From: Octopus sinensis
Taxonomy: Eukaryota
DNA length: 64,000 nt
Reading direction: 5' to 3'
NCBI RefSeq assembly: GCF_006345805.1
Contig: NC_043000.1
Location: 145,762,001 to 145,826,000, forward strand
Below, piece after piece: positions 55,466 through 64,000 of the stretch (its first letter is position 1; each line of letters starts with the position of its first letter). Position numbers and translations under genes: made by a program. The notes beneath the pieces are model-generated. The model ran no database searches and was not told where the DNA came from. It saw nothing but the letters and a program-made list of their open reading frames with translations.

Positions 55466-55928
55466 TAAGTCTGTTTTTATATTAATTTTTCATATGTCTG
55501 CCCGCCAAATTTGGTTCTGGTGTTCGCTGAATTCTTCCTCTAGAGAATTCCGTTGTAGTTGATCGTTGATGATCTATTCTAGCATTCTGGCCGGCTACCT
55601 AGCAGGCCAGCCCTGCCAATATACACATATTTGAATTTTCTCTGACTCCTCAGATTTTTGAATGCTGGACTACTGGTTTTAAATTGATATTAAAATTAAT
55701 ATTAATTTATCTCCCTCAATTTTTAAATATTTAAATAAATACGTTCCCTAGTAGTAGGCTTTACCCGCAGTGAATTATTCACTGCAGCCCTTCGCTTCAG
55801 GAGTCTCTTAGCGCGCCGGAACCAAGACATTTGAAATTTTATTCCCGATGTAATCAGTAAGACCAAGCACGTGTCTGTCTTGACACAGAGAGCTGGGGTT
55901 AGTCTTGCGGTTTGCATCTCGAGGACCG

Positions 55929-56004
55929 AATGTACTGAAGAAGTCACGGACAATTGAATTATGCAAGTAATTCTTTTGTTAAGACCGAAACCGAGGTATG
56001 CATT
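55929..56004 (+). ncRNA. Hammerhead ribozyme motif, array 2 copy 2
   Basis: Same core and stems as copy 1. Confidence 0.8.
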
Positions 56005-56444
56005 TAAGTCTGTCTTTTATTTAATTTTTCATATGTCCTGCCCGCCAAATTTGGTTCTGGTGTTCGCTGAATTTGATCGTTGATGATCTATTTCTAGCAT
56101 TCTGGCCGGCTACCTAGCAGGCCAGCCCTGCCAATATACACATATATTTGAATTTTCTCTGACTCCTCAGATTTTTTGAATGCTGGACTACTGGTTTTAA
56201 TTGATATTAAAATTAATATTAATTTATCTCCTCAATTTTTAAATATTTAAATAAATACGTTCCCTAGTAGTAAGCTTTACCCGCAGTGAATTATTCACTG
56301 CAGCCCTTCGCTTCAGGAGTCTCTTAGCGCGCCGGAACCAAGACATTTGAAATTTTATTCCCGATGTAATCAGTAAGACCAAGCACGTGTCTGTCTTGAC
56401 ACAGAGAGCTGGGGTTAGTCTTGCGGTTTGCATCTCGAGGACCG

Positions 56445-56520
56445 AATGTACTGAAGAAGTCACGGACAATTGAATTATGCAAGTAATTCTTTTGTTAAGA
56501 CCGAAACCGAGGTATGCATT
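56445..56520 (+). ncRNA. Hammerhead ribozyme motif, array 2 copy 3
   Basis: Same core and stems as copy 1. Confidence 0.8.
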
Positions 56521-56851
56521 TAAGTCTGTCTTTTATTTAATTTTTCATATGTCCTGCCGCCAAATTGGTTCTGGTGTTCGCTGAATTGATCGTTGATGAT
56601 CTATTTCTAGCATTCTGGCCGGCTACCTAGCAGGCCAGCCCTGCCAATATACACATATATTTGAATTTTCTCTGACTCCTCAGATTTTTTGAATGCTGGA
56701 CTACTGGTTTTAAATTGATATTAAAATTAATATTAATTTATCTCCCTCAATTTTTTTTTTATATATATATATATATATAATTATCTTCGTGTGCATATAT
56801 GTGTGTCGGTGTTTGTGTGTGTGTGAGTGTCTGTGTGTATGTGTGTGTGTA

Positions 56852-57120
56852 TTGTACCAAACTTTGGCACTGAGACGCCACTGCAGACTGCCAAGAATCC
56901 CTGTATCTCCATCAAAATACAGGATCAGATACTGCAACAGCTTGGGTTTCAAGCGCCTCCAGTTATTCAATATCCTTCCAAAATACCTGCGGGACCTGCA
57001 TGGTGTGGATCTAGGTGTCTTCAAATCAAAACTCGTTCTCTTCCTGTCAAGGATTCCAGATGAGCCTGCCTCATGGGAGAAAACCAGATGAGGGTGGCGG
57101 CATCTTTAATCATTTGTCTT
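56852..57120 (+). mobile_element. CR1-group LINE 3' end fragment
   Basis: NSLGFKRLQLFNILPKYLRDLHGVDLGVFKSKLVLFLSRIPDEP matches the LFNxLP...FKxxLDxFL..IPDEP C-terminus of CR1/L2-group ORF2. Confidence 0.75.
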
Positions 57121-57134
57121 CCTATGCCCATATA

Positions 57135-57943
57135 TATATGTATATATATATATATATATATCTACATATATATAAGTACAAGAACACCATTCTCAGAATA
57201 AAACAAATAATGCAAAATAATGCAAAGAAATTAACAACAAGAAAAGATAAAAACAATTACTCAAAAGACAAAACCAAGGGAGAAAGACATCCAAAAGACG
57301 CCAGTCAAGAGTAAAGTCCCTTGATTCATTGATTCATTGAATTCATTATTAATGCGAATTTACTAGAAATCCCGCAAACGAAGACAGAATGTTTTCTAAA
57401 AAATAGAGGCGAACATCTTTCTCCATATTATCAACTTGAAAAATGTTTGAGACACTAGAATATTTTCCTACTTTTCTCAACATGAAACTAATGGCCGCCT
57501 TAATTTACAGATACAGAAGTTATATATCCATTTACTTATATATATATATATATATTATATATATATATATCTACATATATATAAGTACAAGAACACCATT
57601 CTCAGAATAAAACAAATAATGCAAAATAATGCAAAGAAATTAACAACAAGAAAAGATAAAAACAATTACTCAAAAGACAAAACCAAGGGAGAAAGACATC
57701 CAAAAGACGCCAGTCAAGAGTAAAGTCCCTTGATTCATTGATTCATTGAATTCATTATTAATGCGAATTTACTAGAAATCCCGCAAACGAAGACAGAATG
57801 TTTTCTAAAAAATAGAGGCGAACATCTTTCTCCATATTATCAACTTGAAAAATGTTTGAGACACTAGAATATTTTCCTACTTTTCTCAACATGAAACTAA
57901 TGGCCGCCTTAATTTACAGATACAGAAGTTATATATCCATTTA

Positions 57944-57975
<32 letters not shown>
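57135..57975. repeat. Apparently identical 409-bp tandem duplication with (TA)n junctions
   Basis: agaacaccattctcag at 57181 and 57590; no differences noticed by eye. Confidence 0.92.
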
Positions 57976-57985
<10 letters not shown>

Positions 57986-58159
57986 TATATATATAATTTA
58001 GAGGAATGACCACTAATAGTGGAAAGCCTGTATGCTAGAAAAAGATGTCAAATTCGCCATTTGCCACGAAGAATGTGTTCTCAAGAAAAATTTCAGGAAA
58101 AACCAAAGTGTAAAAATAAGCAAGACAAATGAAAATATACGAAATAAAAAAACGATTAC

Positions 58160-58234
58160 CCATGTAATAATTAGTTTCACTTGTTAATATTTACGTATAT
58201 GGATACACAAACATCTGCAAGATCGTCAGCATAG
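58160..58234 (-). ncRNA. Hammerhead ribozyme motif, array 3
   Basis: Minus strand: ctatg-CTGACGA-tcttg...caagt-GAAA-ctaattat-TA-catgg; copy 2 has gtaattag-TA-catag, giving consensus palindrome CTAATTAG and a GUA site; long G-U-rich stem II. Confidence 0.75.
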
Positions 58235-58730
58235 TCTGTCGTTTAAGAAATAAAATTTCTAGAACTAGATACAGGGCGCTCGACCGAAATCCAGCATGTA
58301 TAAAGCTCCACAAATTATATTTATGTGTATCTTTCAAATGCCTTCACTTTAGCGCACTAAGATCGGAAATTACTCTGCAGTTAATAAACTACAGCAGTTA
58401 ATTTACCGGCTAGAGAACATTTTTTATTTAAAATTAAATAAGGGTAGAAATTGCTATTAATCAATTAAAACCAGTGGCCTAGCATATTTTAAAAAAATCT
58501 GAAGATTACAAATTTTTCTACATACAAAATTTAGAGAAATGACCACTAATAGTGGACAGCCTGTATGCTAGAAATAGATGGCAAATTCGCCATTTACCAC
58601 GAAGAATGTGTTCTCAAGAAAAAATTCAGCAAAAAGCCAAAGTGTAAAAATAAGCAAGAAAAATGAAAATATATGAAATAAAAAAACCATTACCTATGTA
58701 CTAATTACTTTCACTTGTTAATATTTACGT

Positions 58731-59110
58731 GGAGGCGCAATGGCCCAGTGGTTAGGGCAGCGGACTCGCGGTCGTAGGATCGCGGTTTCGATTCCCAGAC
58801 CGGGCGTTGTGAGTGTTTATTGAGCGAAAACACCTAAAGCTCCACGAGGCTCCGGCAGAGATGGTGGTGATTCCTGCTGTACTATTTCACCACAACTTTC
58901 CCTCACTCTTACTTCCTCTTTCTGTTGTACCTGTATTTCAAAGGGCCGGCCTTGTCACTCTCTGTGTCACGCTGAATATCCCCGAGAACTGCGTTAAGGG
59001 TACACGTGTCTGTGGAGTGCTCAGCCACTTACACGTTAATTTCACGAGCAGGCTGTTCCGTTGATCGGATCAACCAGAACCCTCGTCGTCGTAACCGACG
59101 GAGTGTTTCC
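58731..59110 (+). mobile_element. Full-length tRNA-derived SINE with an 11-bp TSD
   Basis: A box tggcccagtgg, B box ggtttcgattcc; TSD aatatttacgt at 58720-58730 and 59111-59121. Confidence 0.93.
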
Positions 59111-59304
59111 AATATTTACGTATATGGATACGTAAATATTGACGTCTATTTCTAGTATACAGGCTTTCCACTATTAGTGGTCATTCCTCTAAATTTTGTA
59201 TGTATAAAACTTTTTAATCTTCGGATTTTTTAAAATATGCTAGGCCACTGGTTTTAATTGACTAATATCAATTTCTGGCCTTATGTAATTTTATATATAT
59301 ATAT

Positions 59305-59342
<38 letters not shown>

Positions 59343-60398
59343 TGTATATATATTGTATATTATATATATATATTAAAAGGTTTGGATATGAAGTACAGAT
59401 AATATATATTAGAAAAAAATAGGGGATTCAGAAATCTGGATGGTTGTACATATACAAATATCTATTAACATGTCAGTTTGTTATATTTCGCCGCTTTGAT
59501 GCTGTATTTAACTCCCGAACCGCTGTCCCGATTCAAAGGAAAATATAATCCCGATAGGTATAAGCCTGTAAGCTGTAATCCTCCGGTAATATCTATGAAC
59601 AGTGTTTATATAAATCTGCTCACTGCAATAAATTATTCTTTCTAGGGCCCTAGCAAATGAGGTTAAAATGAATTGTTCTATAATTCTAAGATATACAATA
59701 AAATGTTGACGGATTCGGCACAGTTTTGCTACTGTGGTGTCCAAACCACCGTAATTATTTTCAGTATTGCTATGGAAAATATTATTGCTGCATATTCTGT
59801 GTCACTTGTGACTGAAGAGACTCATTCACAATGTCATACCAAATATGATTTTCAATTTAATTTTTTTCTGGCCACACATATCAAGGATTAAAAAAGAATT
59901 TTCTTTCTAATTTCGGTAAGCTTTTGTATACTTTCAGCGTAATTTAACTGCAAATTTTGACAAGTCAAAAGGCTATATAAAGTACGTGATGTCTCACTAT
60001 TTGGCACTAGTTGAACCAGAAAGAAGGAACATGTATTGGCTTAGTTCTACGTATCCAAAATCATAAGATATATCGCAATAACATTATTCTTAAATTTAAA
60101 CTCAGATTCTCACATGTTTCTCCGTATGTATCACCGCTGCTTTATATAGTTGGCAGTAGATATGAACGTCAGCTACACCGAGATAAACAGTATATTTCAA
60201 ACAATGCTTCCGGTTATTGCACTTAACATTTCAAACAACGGCCTGCTGCATCCGAAACAGCCTACGGTTAAAAGATCACCAACCAATAAAGACAATAGAC
60301 TACGCCAAGTAATGTTGTTACTATCATTATTTTCAATTCTATATTTAAGAGATGAGTAATTATGTACATTAATTTCATTATTTACAATGTTTGTTGTT

Positions 60399-60444
60399 AA
60401 CACAACGTTTCGGCTGATATACTCTGCAGCCTTCATCAGGTGTC
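60399..60444 (-). ncRNA. Minimal type I hammerhead ribozyme
   Basis: Minus strand: gacac-CTGATGA-a-ggctg cagagtatat cagcc-GAAA-cg-TT-gtgtt. Confidence 0.8.
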
Positions 60445-60523
60445 TTGGGGAAATTCCGAACCTGGGTTCTCATTCCTAAGGTATTTTTCGATGTTGTTGT
60501 TGTTGGTATTATTATTATTATTA

Positions 60524-60559
<36 letters not shown>

Positions 60560-60569
60560 GATAATGATG

Positions 60570-60659
<90 letters not shown>

Positions 60660-60727
60660 TTACCAACAACAATAACAACATCGAAAAATACCTTAGGAAT
60701 GAGAACTCAGGCTCGAAATTTCCCCAA

Positions 60728-60773
60728 GACACCTGATGAAGGCTGCAGGGTATATCAGCCGAAACGTTGTGTT
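60728..60773 (+). ncRNA. Minimal type I hammerhead ribozyme
   Basis: gacac-CTGATGA-a-ggctg cagggtatat cagcc-GAAA-cg-TT-gtgtt; stem III is the loopless palindrome AACGTT; GUU site after 60768. Confidence 0.8.
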
Positions 60774-62340
60774 AACAACAAGCAAGGCGAGGACAAATAC
60801 CCGTCAATTGTAAATAATGTAAATAATGTGTCTTTATTTTTGCAATAATTTGTGATGTCATATTTATCTCCGAAATTATATTATAACATTTCATGTTGTT
60901 CTTTATATTCTCAATTCAAGATTTCATACTAATCATCTTTGTCAATCTTCATATTTATCTTCATAATAGTTACAATTAATTTGATTAGTAATAAGATTAT
61001 TGACTGTGATGATCTTTATTGTACATCCTGTTGCCAACATTAACAAAAGCAGAAGCATCACAGTCGCATTCATGATCATGGCCACCACCACCAACACCCA
61101 AATCATCATCATAGCAGTCATGATTGTTGACAACATTCACCATCGACATATTAACGCTGTCGTTAAAGCTGAAAATGACAATGATATATTTATTTGCGAT
61201 CGGCGTTATAGTCGTGGACACTTGATTCAATATCATTAATATCGTCGTCTCTTTTTTCAACTTTCATAATTTCATTATATCTTCATCATCACCCTGTCAC
61301 GATATTCACCTGTGTTTGGTGTGTGCTCGCGCGCGTGTGTATGTGTGTGGGAGTGTATTTTGAAATAGAATAAAAGTTAATCATTTTCTAATGAGTATGT
61401 CACATAAATTGATTCGATACAAGATTAAATCGAGCAAACAACCAGAACCTGAATTTCTAAATTCTGATTTCTATTCCTGTTCCCAGTGTGATGGACTGGT
61501 AAAAAAATGCCCGTTTATAACTACCTTCTTTTATGCTGGTATTTAAAATTAGACCGAGGCAAATTGCATTTCGTCAATCCGAGGATCGATAATTTGAAGT
61601 AGTAATCTATTCTTGATGCCGATATAACCCGCCATGATCTAGAAAAAAAAAAATGCTATTGTTATTATTTTGGAGGAGAAAGAAAAGATTAAGGATCGGT
61701 AAGGAATCCATTGTGGTACTGGATCTGATTTTTACATTCTGACTTCAAATTCCACTGAGGTTCACATCAATCTTCATCTTTTTAACGGTTCGTCATAAGA
61801 GGACGATAGAATAATTACCAGTCTTAAAAAAATATATATACTGGGGTTGAGTTTTTCAACCAAAATATTTTCTCGATGTGGTGCTGCACCATGACCACAT
61901 TCTATTGACCGAAATAATTAGAAGATAAAAGATCATAAAATGGAGACACAAAAAAATTAGCGGCTGAAGTGTGTTGAGGGGCGGTTTAACCCCCAATTGA
62001 GGGGCGGTTTAACTAAACCCATCTTCTCAAAATATCTAAATTAAGCACATGTATATGAAAAGGGTGATAAATTAGTAAGATCCTTTGAGCATCGGAAATA
62101 ATATTTACTACCTTTGCTGTGACTCTTTACGAGTTGAGATCAAATTGCACGAAGTTTAGATTCCGTCTTCGTCTTCTCGGATCAAGAAAATAAAATAAAA
62201 AAGCAATTCAACTAATGGGCTCGCCGGAATCGATTATCTCCCTCCGCTCAAACTTTTTGTACTTCACCCTAAATCAGAGACAATTATTGAACTATTACTA
62301 TATTGAATTATTACTATCAATAATATTAGTAAATGGCTTC

Positions 62341-62700
62341 AAAGGCGATGATTTCGCGGAATCGATAACACGTCGGGCAAAATACTTAACAGCTTTTCGT
62401 CGGTCTTTACGTTCTGAGTTCAAATAACGCTGATGTCGATTTTGCCTTTCATCTTTTCGGATTCTGTAAAATAAGTATCAGTTGATCATTGGCGTCGATG
62501 TAAAGGGCTTACTCCCTACTTTGAAGTTGCTGGCCTGTGCCAAAGTTCGAAAGCAAAGGCGGCGAACCGGCAAAATCGCTACTTATTGCACAAAAAGGTT
62601 TGTTGTATGTCTTAAAGCTCTTTGCATTCTGAGTTCAAATCCTACCGTGACCAAATTACCTTTTGTCATTCTCTTGACAATAAAATGCAGTCAAGTAGTC
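62341..62700 (+). mobile_element. Two adjacent degenerate family B SINEs
   Basis: aaaggcg...ttctgagttcaaat... occurs twice (from 62341 and from 62555). Confidence 0.65.
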
Positions 62701-63018
62701 TAACCCATTTAACTGATGGAAATGTGCCTAAAGCAGAAACACTTTTTTTTACTAGTGTTTATGTAGGTGTTTATCGCTGCTGTTTCATTTTCTGATCTAC
62801 TGCTATTTCATTTTCTGATCTACTGAAAACCTACTATCCGTTTGCTTTGAGTTAAAATGTATGGTATTGAAACACACAATATTACCTGTGTATCGTAAGA
62901 TAGAAGAGTTAACTCAAGAAATATTTTGAAAGATTTATCTCTCTTTGATATGGTGGCTAAGCGGTTACGTCCACACACCACACACACTGACAGACACATG
63001 CAAAGACACACGCACATA

Positions 63019-63077
<59 letters not shown>

Positions 63078-64000
63078 GTATATATATATACATATAGGTA
63101 CGTATTTGTTTATGTATATGTGTGTGTATTATTCGTGTGTGTTATATATATACATATGTCTCTGTGTGTATGTGTGTATATAATTATATATATATATATA
63201 TGTTTGGATTCAACATTCAAAGAGAAATATATTTGTGGTCGTTATATACCCTAATACTATTATATACACCATCTTGTGATAAACTTGCGCTTTCACGCTT
63301 GTTGAATTTTGTTTATGTACCTAAGAGGTCATGTCATGCCTCTTCTCTCTCTCTCTTTCTCTCCCTCTCTCTTTCTCCCTCTTTCCCTCTTTCTGTCTCA
63401 CATACACATTCATGAACGTACATACATACAAGCACACAGAAGTACAAATGCTAGGCTTTGCTTTTAAGAAATAACAATGACTAAAACGTATGGGGCATCC
63501 GCTTCTACTACTTGACAACATTAAACAAAATCCTCTTTCTTCGTATCTTGTACTTCATTATGATGTAACGAAATTATATTCTAGGAATCTGATGAAACAA
63601 AAACACGAAATCAACATGAAACAGACGCTGCCAAAATTCGATTAGCATAAATGTGATTTGCATATTCCGACTGATAATTTCACCTGCATTTTAGGCGATT
63701 CAGACTTGAAAACAATGTCAACGAAGTGATATCGCTAATCTATCAATATGTATAACCTCTCAACGCTACCTAATCAACACGAAATTTATCCGTACTTCCT
63801 AGTGCACTGCTGACACTCATTCTCATTCCATAATGAATTCTCCAATTAACGTTGATAAATTTTAAATCCCTCTGCTAAGTTTTGCATTAAAATGACTAAT
63901 TTCAACAATGTTTCTATTCTGATTACTCTCAGCTGAATTTTGATTAATTAGTGACGCGGTTATCAAGTATGTTAGTGCTCGCTTGAATATAATATTGCAT

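Larger units (their letters stand above)
55160..56755 (+). mobile_element. Tandem array 2: three copies of a 514-538 bp HHR-containing unit plus a ~27 bp terminal redundancy
   Basis: atctccctcaa at 55171, 55709, 56226 and 56740; (TA)n on both sides; one HHR per unit. Confidence 0.9.
57995..59292 (-). mobile_element. Array 3: about 1.4 copies of a 533-bp HHR unit, interrupted by a SINE and ending in an inverted arm
   Basis: aatttagag(g/a)aatgaccactaatagtgg at 57995 and 58528; 59141-59292 is the reverse complement of about 58429-58582; (TA)n on both sides. Confidence 0.8.
60363..60830. mobile_element. Head-to-head inverted pair of HHR-bearing Penelope-like short elements around (TTA)n/(AAT)n
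   Basis: 60391-60510 is the reverse complement of 60657-60782; the microsatellite switches strand at the centre. Confidence 0.85.

Noticed and set aside
55630-55660. Antisense hammerhead in array 2 (CTGAGGA...GAAA on the minus strand)
   Set aside because: Only 6 nt lie between the core halves, with no stem II and no stem I/III pairing.
46892-56755. CRISPR-like interpretation of the arrays
   Set aside because: Units are >500 bp whole-unit repeats with no unique spacers or cas genes, in eukaryotic context.
58731-58805. Possible tRNA gene
   Set aside because: It continues into a ~300-bp body and is flanked by an 11-bp TSD, so it is a SINE head.
61975-62012. Duplicated GC-box (ttgaggggcggtttaac x2) as a promoter
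   Set aside because: A short local duplication with no other promoter evidence.

Overview
AT-rich, repeat-dense animal genomic DNA with no recognisable intact protein-coding gene; almost all listed ORFs are microsatellite or satellite read-throughs. The SINE families and (TA)n/(CA)n density resemble an octopus (coleoid cephalopod) genome, which is an inference. It contains several tRNA-derived SINE families, decayed mariner/Tc1/maT transposons and MITEs, Helitron-like termini, RTE/CR1 LINE 3' remnants, an ORF1-only L1/Tx1-like element and a 2.1 kb AAAATTTT satellite. The main signal is a set of non-coding elements carrying minimal type I hammerhead ribozyme (HHR) motifs. Three are tandem arrays of ~515-545 bp structured units that abut (TA)n (46.9-48.4, 55.2-56.8 and 58.0-59.3 kb); others are solitary or fold-back HHR elements (9.7, 25.2, 31.0 and 60.4-60.8 kb). 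They look like Penelope-mobilised retrozyme or circular-RNA elements with atypical HHR cores and fold-back 5' ends. Ribozyme activity and expression cannot be shown from sequence alone.
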